From Promethearchaeota archaeon (GTDB lineage Archaea; Asgardarchaeota; Lokiarchaeia; Sigyniarchaeales; SOKP01), in NCBI GenBank assembly GCA_013375475.1, contig JABXKD010000065.1, positions 1 to 21,979 of the forward strand: 21,979 nucleotides of DNA, in the 5' to 3' direction. Both the position numbers and the translations under genes were made by a program. The notes under the pieces were generated by a model. It searched no databases. It was not told the DNA's origin and worked only from the letters and a program-made list of their open reading frames with translations. Positions 9,052 through 16,977 of this stretch are shown here, piece by piece. Each line of letters begins with the position of its first letter. Position 1 is the first letter of the stretch.

Positions 9052-9924
9052 TTATTGAAAATCCACTTTATTTAGAACCGATAATACGATGTTAGTGATT
9101 ATCTCCTTTTTTGAGCTAGTAACACCATCTTCCAGTTCAATCTTGTTATATAAGGCCATAACTGAGGTATTAACCCAATTTTTTGTGCTGTCGCTGTTTT
9201 CAGTTTTATAAATCAATTGAGCTAAGTCAATCGCACCCCTTATAGAACTCCCTCTCCTTATTGAAGTGTTATTTCTTGTTTGATCCACTATTTGTTGAGA
9301 GATTTGAGCAATTTTTTCCCCACCAGAATTATCTAAATCAGCTTCTTGTTTGATAATAAGAATTTCTTCAGCGGAAGGTTGAAAATCCAAATTAATCCAG
9401 ATAAATCTATCCTTTAACGCTTCTCCAATAACAGTCACACCAACATGAGCTGAAGGGTTCTGAGTAGCGATGGTGAAGAACTTTTTATGAGCCTTAATAG
9501 TTTTTAATTTAGGGATTTCTAAAATACCTTCATCTAATGCCGTTAAGAGTGAATTTTGGGTGCTTTCAGGCATTCTATTAATTTCGTTTATAAAAAGGCA
9601 ACCTCCGTTTAGCATGGAAGAAGCAAGTGGACCGTAGATATATGATTCTTCTAAGTAACCTTTTGATATCACTAAGGGCGGGTCAAAATAACCGACTAAA
9701 TTATGAGGTAATGTTTCTTCAGAACAATCGATACGGGCAAATTCAGTATCATAAAAAGAAGCAATCGCTTTTGCTATCCGCGTTTTACCTACGCCTACTT
9801 CTCCCTCAATGATTATGTTTTTATCTACTAACCTTGCTAAAATAATGTTCTCTAACTCTTCTGTTCTCCCAATTATTTTATATTTTTTTTGTATCTCTTT
9901 CACAATCTCAGATGCACTTTGCAT
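9052..9924 (-). CDS. MoxR-family AAA+ ATPase
   Basis: Walker A GEVGVGKT, variant Walker B CLFINEINR, TQNSLLTALDEG, sensor 1 IATQNP, EALKDRF, GSSIRGAI. Confidence 0.92.
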   Translation of the reverse strand: MQSASEIVKEIQKKYKIIGRTEELENIILARLVDKNIIIEGEVGVGKTRIAKAIASFYDTEFARIDCSEETLPHNLVGYFDPPLVISKGYLEESYIYGPLASSMLNGGCLFINEINRMPESTQNSLLTALDEGILEIPKLKTIKAHKKFFTIATQNPSAHVGVTVIGEALKDRFIWINLDFQPSAEEILIIKQEADLDNSGGEKIAQISQQIVDQTRNNTSIRRGSSIRGAIDLAQLIYKTENSDSTKNWVNTSVMALYNKIELEDGVTSSKKEIITNIVLSVLNKVDFQ

Positions 9925-10032
9925 GATTTCAATAATATTACATCTCTAAAAAAATTACACGTCTGATTATGTTAGGTTTATTAAAAATTAGAAGAAATTA
10001 TTAATAAGAAAGGATATCAATTTATCCTAATA

Positions 10033-12096
10033 ATGCTTTCAAAATCTTCATCTAAAAAGAAGGAAAAGATTAATTTTATAATAGGATTGATTGTTGTAAT
10101 ATCATTTCTTATTATTCCTTTATTGTCAGATATTTTTACATCGTCTGGTATCAAGGATTCTTCCTATATCTCTGTATCTGCTAATGGTGATAATTTTGAT
10201 ATCTTGGACTTTTGGGAAAATGAAATTGAACGTGTTAATAATACACCGTTAAATATAGTTTATGGAGACAATCGGACCATATTACATTCTATCACTTACT
10301 CCAATAAAATTTATGAATTACATGCTCAAGATATTTCTTTTACTTCTCCCAATTGGGTTGGAGCACAACCTCAGAATCTTACATTATATGGTGTTTTACT
10401 CTATCCTAATATTATCAAGAGTAGAAATCCAGGAGCTTTATGTATGCATGGATTAAATGGAAAAATAGAAGATGCCTTCGATTTAGCTATCCCATATTTA
10501 GAGAAAGGTTTTATCGTTTTATGTCATTCCCATCCTGGTCATGGTAAATCAAACGGAGCAGAACCAGAATCAGGGAATCTTTATTATGAAGGAGCATATA
10601 ACGAGTCAGCTCATTTTTATCTAACTCTATGTGGAGCAATTCAAGGATTGAGAGTCCTTGAAAATCTTCCATTAGTAAATAATTCTCAAATTATGGTTAC
10701 AGGTAAATCATATGGGGGATTAAATGCTATGTGGTTAGCAGGAATTGCAGGAGAGAGAATTGCTGGCGTTACAGCGTATATAGCAATAGGGGATATCGCT
10801 AAAAATTTGCTTCATCCTGATAAATTAATTTTCTGGCTATTAGGTAAAAATGTTAAAGACATTCCCGATTCATATCTGACAAACCAACTCTTAAGATTTG
10901 ACCCTATTTATTATTTGAAATCTACCAAACTTCCACCAATAATGTGGCAAATAGGAACAAACGATGATTTCTTTCATTATAGTTCAATCAAGGGCACTTT
11001 CGATGCTGTTCAGCATACTACTAAATTTCTTCAGATTTTTCCTAACGATCATCACGGTTTTCCGGGATTTGAGGGCTCGTCTAAATTCTTTATTGATTTT
11101 ATTCTAAATGATGGACCCTTACCACCTAAAATCAACATAACTAACGTTTATAAGACTCAGAATATTCGTGGAGATAATCTATGTATTGCTTTAAGAGTAA
11201 ACTCATCGGAAGAGATCGATTCACTCCAAATAGTCTATAGATATTCAGAGATTATCGGGACTTGTTGGGAACGAAAAACTCTCATTAAAACCGATGGAAT
11301 CTATTGGGAAGGAGAAATATCTCCAACAATTTTTAGTTCACACCTTGATTATTATATTATAGTCAATTTAAAGAACATGACTAATGTATGGTTTTCTTCT
11401 GAGATCTTCTCAGCAGGCATTATGAAAACTAATTTAACTATCCCTTTTGTTATCATTATCTTAATCATAGTTGCCATACCTCTTGTTTTGTCTATCCGAA
11501 GGAAGTTCCAGAAAATAAATGAAACGACATTTGAAGAAATAAGTAGGGAAAAACACAAGCTTATCGTCGAGATTAGTTTAATATTTGTTTTAGATTTTAT
11601 TTATTACCTTTCGATTATACTACCATGGATTGTCTATGAGAGTGGGGAAATAACTTTAGATCACATTTACTTTTTTAACAACCTTTACACTTGGAAATTA
11701 AATTTTGGTGAAATTGCTCCTTATTTAACCACAATCTTTTTCATAGCGAGTATAATTAACTCTCAATTAAATTTCATCAGTCTAAGACTTTCAGCAATTA
11801 CGAAATTAATATATCCGTTACTACTGTTAGTTTTTATAAGCCTTACTCCTTTTATCTCCGGTGCTTTAGACCCATCTAGCTTAGTATCTAATTTTGGAAT
11901 AACTTTCCCTGGAATTGGTCCTTTTTTAATGATTATATCAGCTATATTGCTATTTTTTGTTGGTAGATGGGAAAGAAGAAATAAGATAGCTTTAGGTTTA
12001 GTGGTGAAAAAATCAATAAGTTGGCATAAGTTTAGAAAAAGAATAAGTAAAAAGTATGAATTCTTTCGGCAGAGTACACGAACTAAGAGAAAATAA
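10033..12096 (+). CDS. Membrane-anchored alpha/beta hydrolase (esterase/peptidase-like) with C-terminal transmembrane helices
   Basis: N-terminal basic plus hydrophobic anchor; CMHGLNG oxyanion loop, HPGHGKS, nucleophile elbow GKSYGG, GTNDDF (Asp), DHHGF (His); beta-rich domain; about five C-terminal hydrophobic segments and a basic tail. Confidence 0.8.
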   Translation: MLSKSSSKKKEKINFIIGLIVVISFLIIPLLSDIFTSSGIKDSSYISVSANGDNFDILDFWENEIERVNNTPLNIVYGDNRTILHSITYSNKIYELHAQDISFTSPNWVGAQPQNLTLYGVLLYPNIIKSRNPGALCMHGLNGKIEDAFDLAIPYLEKGFIVLCHSHPGHGKSNGAEPESGNLYYEGAYNESAHFYLTLCGAIQGLRVLENLPLVNNSQIMVTGKSYGGLNAMWLAGIAGERIAGVTAYIAIGDIAKNLLHPDKLIFWLLGKNVKDIPDSYLTNQLLRFDPIYYLKSTKLPPIMWQIGTNDDFFHYSSIKGTFDAVQHTTKFLQIFPNDHHGFPGFEGSSKFFIDFILNDGPLPPKINITNVYKTQNIRGDNLCIALRVNSSEEIDSLQIVYRYSEIIGTCWERKTLIKTDGIYWEGEISPTIFSSHLDYYIIVNLKNMTNVWFSSEIFSAGIMKTNLTIPFVIIILIIVAIPLVLSIRRKFQKINETTFEEISREKHKLIVEISLIFVLDFIYYLSIILPWIVYESGEITLDHIYFFNNLYTWKLNFGEIAPYLTTIFFIASIINSQLNFISLRLSAITKLIYPLLLLVFISLTPFISGALDPSSLVSNFGITFPGIGPFLMIISAILLFFVGRWERRNKIALGLVVKKSISWHKFRKRISKKYEFFRQSTRTKRK

Positions 12097-12103
12097 GTAA
12101 AAT

Positions 12104-13006
12104 TTAAACAAGATTTTTATACAAGCGATACAAAGATGGTGGTTGGGGACCTGGCAAAACTCCAAATAGATAAAGTACTCCTAAAATAAATAGGGAGATA
12201 CAAATAAAAATAAATATGAAATCTCTAACATGAAACCTAATAACTATCAAATTTGTTCTTTTTTTGTCTATCCCAAAACACCTGTTTTCCATTGAAAGAG
12301 ATGTTGTATGTCCTTTTCTTAAGATTGAAACAAGTGTCCCAATTAATCTCTCAGATATAAACGCATAAGCCTTTCGAAAGCTTTTAACCCTATCTAAACT
12401 GAATCCTCTTGCTTGTTGAGCAAGAGCTATTGTTTTTGCCTCTTGTTCTATCGTAGGAATATATTTAACTCCCACCATAAAAGCAAAACAAAATTTATAC
12501 GGAATTTTAAGTCTAATTAGAGAATAGACAAAATCTTTCGTAGATGTTGTGTTAGTGAATAATATTGCTGAAGTATATAATGTAAATAATATGAAAACTG
12601 CTCGTAATCCAAAATACAACGCTAGTTTTCTGATTGGTAAGAATTTTAGGTTAAATAAATAGAACAAAATAATTTCTTCTTCATTAGGTATAGCATTGAA
12701 AAATATGTTAAGAACTAAACTAATGATTAAAATGAAGAAGAGAATTTTCAGCTTCCTTATAAGCATTTTCAAGGAAATTTGGCTTAATAATATTATCAGG
12801 ATAATAAATATTGAAAGAGCCATTAATAAAATTAAACTTTGTACTAAAAATGTAAAAATCGTTAAAAAAACAAGGAATACCAACTTAGAAATTGGATTTA
12901 CTTTATGCATTAGAGAAGTTCCTTTAATATACGCAAAAATTAATTGTTTATTATCCAATAGCTTATTCTTTTTACTTATGATTAAGCACCCCGCTAAGCA
13001 TTTCAT
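12104..13006 (-). CDS. ecfT: ECF transporter transmembrane component T (real start probably ATA 12979 or TTG 12958)
   Basis: HKVNPISKL, FTNTTS, LIRLKIP, KYIPTI, and coupling motifs AQQARG and SMENRCF. Confidence 0.92.
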   Translation of the reverse strand: MKCLAGCLIISKKNKLLDNKQLIFAYIKGTSLMHKVNPISKLVFLVFLTIFTFLVQSLILLMALSIFIILIILLSQISLKMLIRKLKILFFILIISLVLNIFFNAIPNEEEIILFYLFNLKFLPIRKLALYFGLRAVFILFTLYTSAILFTNTTSTKDFVYSLIRLKIPYKFCFAFMVGVKYIPTIEQEAKTIALAQQARGFSLDRVKSFRKAYAFISERLIGTLVSILRKGHTTSLSMENRCFGIDKKRTNLIVIRFHVRDFIFIFICISLFILGVLYLFGVLPGPQPPSLYRLYKNLV

Positions 13007-14789
13007 CTATCGAATCTAAGAGAAGAGTAGGCCCTAAATTTCTATGCTTACTAAAATAATTATCTTTATTGTCAAAGTCTCTTACTGTACCGTCTCTATT
13101 AAGTTCTAAAATCCGTTTGGTATATTTCAACAGAAGATGATAATCGTGAGATGAAATTATTATGGTCTTTCCTCTTTTATTTTCAAGATATAAAGTTTCT
13201 ACTAGTGAATCTATGGTTCTTTGATCTTGCCCGATAAAAGGTTCGTCTAATAGAATAATTTCAGGATTATAGACAAATATAGAACTTAAGTTCAATCTTC
13301 TTTTCTGCCCCCAACTAAGCTTAAAAGGATTTTTTGTGGATTTTTCTTTCCCAATAATGCGTATTAATTTTGTCATATAATCCTCTGAGATATTCTCAAG
13401 CATACCAAAATTCTTCGGACCATAGAGAATCTCGTCCTTAATAGTTGAGTTCAATATCATATTCTCGGGGTTTTGAAAAATAAACCCAATTTGTTTTGCA
13501 TATTCCAATGCTCCAATATCTCTAATATTCTGATTGTTAAAGTATATAGTTCCGCGCGAAGGTTCATATAAATTAGCTAATAAATAAAGTAGCGTTGTTT
13601 TCCCGGATCCATTTGGTCCAACTAGACCAATAAAATCTCCTTTTTGGATATTTATTGAAAGATTACTAATTGCTTTAATTCCGCTATTTGGGTAAAGAAA
13701 ATCTACATTATTGGTTTTAAGAATATAATTATTACCATCTTTATTAACTGTTTGTTCTTCCCTATTATCGTGGGCATCTTTTAAAGATTCTATGTATAAA
13801 TCTTGAAATTCAATAACTTCTTCAAAAGATTTAAATTTTTCAAGAGCCTTTGGTAATATTTCTTTTTCAATAAGTAGAGCCCGCAATTTTAAAAGGTTTT
13901 CTTTTGATAATTTTTGTTGTATTTCTAATAACTCATTGAAATTTGTAGGATTTTTGGTATTCTTATATTCCAAGGATATCTCTTTAAAATCATTATATAA
14001 ATCGATAATCCAAGGTAATCTGACATTACAGGATTTTAATGGAGTAAAATTATTAATGAGAATTTCCGATAATTTACCGTTAAGGTGAAGCTCACCATTA
14101 CCATCCAGAACTATAATCCTATCAGCTATATCCATTACTCTCGATAAACGGTGCTCAATTATGATCAAGGTGGTTTTAAACGATTCGGATTCTTTTAACT
14201 TTTTTAATTGAGTTAACAGCATACTTTCAGATTGTTGGTCCAAGAATGCTATTGGTTCGTCTAAAATTAAGATTTTGGGGTCCATTATGAGAAAAGAACT
14301 TAATATTGTGAGTTGTTTTTGACCCCCACTTAGTTGTTCTATATCTCTGTTTAAAATTTGAGAGATACCCATAAATTCAGATATTTCTCTCACCCTTTTT
14401 TCTATTATATCTTTATCGAACTGTAAATTTTCAAGCCCAAAAACAAGTTCATCTTTAACTGTAAAAGTAGTCATTTGTTCTAATGGATTCTGTTTCACTA
14501 AACCAACCAATTTACTTAATTCGGTAAAATTATAATCCCAGATACTCTTTCCATAAATTTTAACATCTCCTTTCATAAACCCTTTTAATCTCCAAGGAAT
14601 AATCCCATTCATGGCATATGAAAGGGTGGATTTTCCACTACCACTAGGTCCCGCTAAAATTAAAACATCACCTTGATTAAGGTTGAAATTTATGTTTCTT
14701 ACAGCTGGTAAATTGGTCTTATCTTCGCCATAAATAAACGAAAAATCCTCAAAAGATAAAGCCAAATCCGTAATGGCGATTTTAATCAC
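12972..14789 (-). CDS. Fused dual-domain ECF ATPase (EcfA-EcfA')
   Basis: Domain 1: GPSGSGKS, QNP, LSGGQKQ, ILILDEP, IEH. Domain 2: GPNGSGKT, FQNPE, LSWGQKRR, ILLDEP, SH. Confidence 0.95.
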   Translation of the reverse strand: MIKIAITDLALSFEDFSFIYGEDKTNLPAVRNINFNLNQGDVLILAGPSGSGKSTLSYAMNGIIPWRLKGFMKGDVKIYGKSIWDYNFTELSKLVGLVKQNPLEQMTTFTVKDELVFGLENLQFDKDIIEKRVREISEFMGISQILNRDIEQLSGGQKQLTILSSFLIMDPKILILDEPIAFLDQQSESMLLTQLKKLKESESFKTTLIIIEHRLSRVMDIADRIIVLDGNGELHLNGKLSEILINNFTPLKSCNVRLPWIIDLYNDFKEISLEYKNTKNPTNFNELLEIQQKLSKENLLKLRALLIEKEILPKALEKFKSFEEVIEFQDLYIESLKDAHDNREEQTVNKDGNNYILKTNNVDFLYPNSGIKAISNLSINIQKGDFIGLVGPNGSGKTTLLYLLANLYEPSRGTIYFNNQNIRDIGALEYAKQIGFIFQNPENMILNSTIKDEILYGPKNFGMLENISEDYMTKLIRIIGKEKSTKNPFKLSWGQKRRLNLSSIFVYNPEIILLDEPFIGQDQRTIDSLVETLYLENKRGKTIIISSHDYHLLLKYTKRILELNRDGTVRDFDNKDNYFSKHRNLGPTLLLDSIDEMLSGVLNHK

Positions 14790-14793
14790 TCCT

Positions 14794-15438
14794 TTAAAAA
14801 GTAGTTGGAACGCCTGCTTTAATTAAACCATTTTTTATAGTTCTACCAAGAATACCGGTTATTAAAATTCCAGAAATTAAGGCAAAAATAAAAGCTAAAG
14901 CCCATAAAGACCAATGTAGATACCATCTTTGATTAATTATCCAGAAGAATGGAGCTTGAAAAAAGTTCCCAAATGCACCAGCAATCCCCCACCCTAATTT
15001 AGATTCACCTTCTCTTAACTTTTCCATGATGTAAAATCCAAGTGAGAGCAATAACCCTTCCACGATATTTACGATTAAGATTAATAACCCCCAAGGATCG
15101 CCTAATAAAAATTCTAAAATTCCTTTTGAGACCATGGTTAAAACTATATCTCTCTTATTTTTCGTTAAGCCATATACAATAACACCCCAAATAACATGAT
15201 GTCCACTAACCAGTTGTGTTCCCCCCGTGAAAGGATACCAAAATTTTATTAACAAACCGAATGGAACTAGACTGGATATGATTCCTCCTAGTACACCTAT
15301 TATCGCAGAATAAATTAAATCTAAAGTCGTTAATCTTTTGTTATCTTTAGACCTATAACCAGTTTCCTTATAAGTTTCATTAGATGCAATTAATTCTTTC
15401 AATTCTTTTAAGTCATCATTTTCTCCATTCATAGTCAA
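14794..15438 (-). CDS. ECF transporter substrate-specific S component (substrate unknown); start may be ATG at 15432
   Basis: About 210 aa with around six hydrophobic helices, N-terminal LTTLDLIYSAIIGVLGG and C-terminal LIKAGV typical of S components; immediately upstream of the ATPase and ecfT. Confidence 0.82.
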   Translation of the reverse strand: MTMNGENDDLKELKELIASNETYKETGYRSKDNKRLTTLDLIYSAIIGVLGGIISSLVPFGLLIKFWYPFTGGTQLVSGHHVIWGVIVYGLTKNKRDIVLTMVSKGILEFLLGDPWGLLILIVNIVEGLLLSLGFYIMEKLREGESKLGWGIAGAFGNFFQAPFFWIINQRWYLHWSLWALAFIFALISGILITGILGRTIKNGLIKAGVPTTF

Positions 15439-15470
15439 GATATTTACAACTTATCCTCTTTTCTTTAAGA

Positions 15471-16019
15471 TTAAGTAATTCTTATTGAAATTCTAGTTAA
15501 TTTTTGTACTGAATATTGCGAACTATATTCTCCTTCTGGCATAGTAGATTGATCCATCACAGCTCTCAAGGGACCGTCTACAGAGAGAGGAACACCATTC
15601 TCTTCAAACGCCAAGATCACTAAATCAGAATTAGCTTCTAAGATAGATAAATTAAGAAATTTTGGAGAACTATACCCATCACGAGCATAGAAACGAAATT
15701 CTAATCCTGAAGCAGATTGAGATATAAGGTTTTCTTCCTCAATAATACTCCAAAGTGAAATTCCTGAATACACTACATCATATTCAGTTTCAAAACTATT
15801 TTTTATATGAAAGGTTTTATCTTCTACGAGGTCGTACTTTCCCGAAGTCAATTCACTAATAGAGAGTTTTACAGTTGATGACGTTCCATTACCATCTATC
15901 GTTATCTTATTTGGATCTTCAAATGGATTGAATTCCAAGAAAGCAATCATCATTAACCAAAAGACAACCAGTCCAATTATAACGCTTGCTACTATTATGT
16001 AAAAATTACGTGTTTCCAT
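15471..16019 (-). CDS. Membrane-anchored protein with a sulfite-oxidase-like (Oxidored_molyb) fold, lacking Cys
   Basis: N-terminal TM; ITIDG..., LSISEL, YSGISLWSII, FYARDGYS, ILAFEENGVPL..DGPLRAV, SVQKLTRISI follow the Moco-binding domain pattern (W.GV.L..LL, .DGY, LA...NG.PL....G.P.R, .VKW...I). The protein has no cysteine. Confidence 0.7.
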   Translation of the reverse strand: METRNFYIIVASVIIGLVVFWLMMIAFLEFNPFEDPNKITIDGNGTSSTVKLSISELTSGKYDLVEDKTFHIKNSFETEYDVVYSGISLWSIIEEENLISQSASGLEFRFYARDGYSSPKFLNLSILEANSDLVILAFEENGVPLSVDGPLRAVMDQSTMPEGEYSSQYSVQKLTRISIRIT

Positions 16020-16031
16020 ATGATTTTAAGT

Positions 16032-16124
16032 TTATTTAATTATTTTTAATCGTTTTTTTTTTAGAAGTGCAATTATTCCAATCATTGTTATTACTATCAT
16101 TATTAAAGTGAGATATCCCGGTAC
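16032..16124 (-). other. C-terminal sorting signal (PGY + TM helix + basic tail; Loki-CTERM/PGF-CTERM-like)
   Basis: VPGYLTLIMIVITMIGIIALLKKKRLKIIK. Confidence 0.7.
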
Positions 16125-16922
16125 TGCTGGGGGAGCTGTCTCAATTGTCAAATCTAGACTGTAAGTCCATGACATCGCATGATTTTCGTGTAAATTATTA
16201 TCATAAACCGCCAAATTGAATAGATATTCTTTGTGCTTGTTGAATTGTACGTCGTACTCTTCACTAGTGACTAATGGTCTGCTAATCTCTAATGTGTAAG
16301 AGACATTTGTAACATAAGTAAATGCAGCATTAATCTGGGACAATTCTGGATTTGGATTTACCCACCCGTCATCTTGAAAGCAATCATCCTCACATAAAGA
16401 AGGTATTCCACTCGAAATGGAAGTATGATGATGCCATTTCCAACTATCTATTTTACCGCCACCCATATGTTCGGTGCTCATTCCAAATGGATAATATGCA
16501 GAGAAATTAATCACATTTATATTCCAACAAAAGAGTAACCCATCGGTAACATAATCTTCTGGTGAAGTAGTATTATCTTCCCATTGACATAGAATATAGA
16601 GAAATTGGGCATTCATTATAAAAATTGCACTCATGTTAAACAAAAGTTCAGGAGGATTTGAATCATTATATCTAATCGATGCTAACGGAATACTCACATT
16701 TCCTATTTGGTTTTCAGGTTTTGACCAAAATCCTTCATTTGCAACTCCATCTAATATAATATTTGCTGAATTATCTATTGGAACATCAATTGGAATAATC
16801 TTATGATAATTCTGGCAATCACCATCTCCAGGATAAGCATTTCCAGTAGGAATCTTCATATAGCTAATGGTAAAAAATGCAATAAGCACAAGTAATACTA
16901 TTTTTTTCTTCAAATTTATCAC
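16032..16922 (-). CDS. Surface protein with a DOMON-like/ethylbenzene dehydrogenase gamma-type heme-binding domain and Loki-CTERM-like anchor (start may be TTG at 16913)
   Basis: Signal peptide; IILDGVANEGFW, LYILCQWED, GM...MGGGKIDSWKW, YTLEISRPL....YDVQF, FNLAVYD...HENHAMSW; C-terminal VPGY-TM-KKKR. Confidence 0.6.
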   Translation of the reverse strand: MINLKKKIVLLVLIAFFTISYMKIPTGNAYPGDGDCQNYHKIIPIDVPIDNSANIILDGVANEGFWSKPENQIGNVSIPLASIRYNDSNPPELLFNMSAIFIMNAQFLYILCQWEDNTTSPEDYVTDGLLFCWNINVINFSAYYPFGMSTEHMGGGKIDSWKWHHHTSISSGIPSLCEDDCFQDDGWVNPNPELSQINAAFTYVTNVSYTLEISRPLVTSEEYDVQFNKHKEYLFNLAVYDNNLHENHAMSWTYSLDLTIETAPPAVPGYLTLIMIVITMIGIIALLKKKRLKIIK

Positions 16923-16977
16923 TTTATTTATTATTAAAAAGGAAAAAAAAGATATTAAATTGAAATTAAAGGGTTGA

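Noticed and set aside
7937-9924. Mg/Co chelatase (ChlI/ChlD) assignment
   Set aside because: The motifs fit MoxR better (EINR, ATQNP, ALKDRF); no Pro/acidic ChlD linker and no chlH/cobN in the window.
15471-16019. Active sulfite oxidase or MsrP enzyme
   Set aside because: No Mo-ligating cysteine and no twin-arginine signal.
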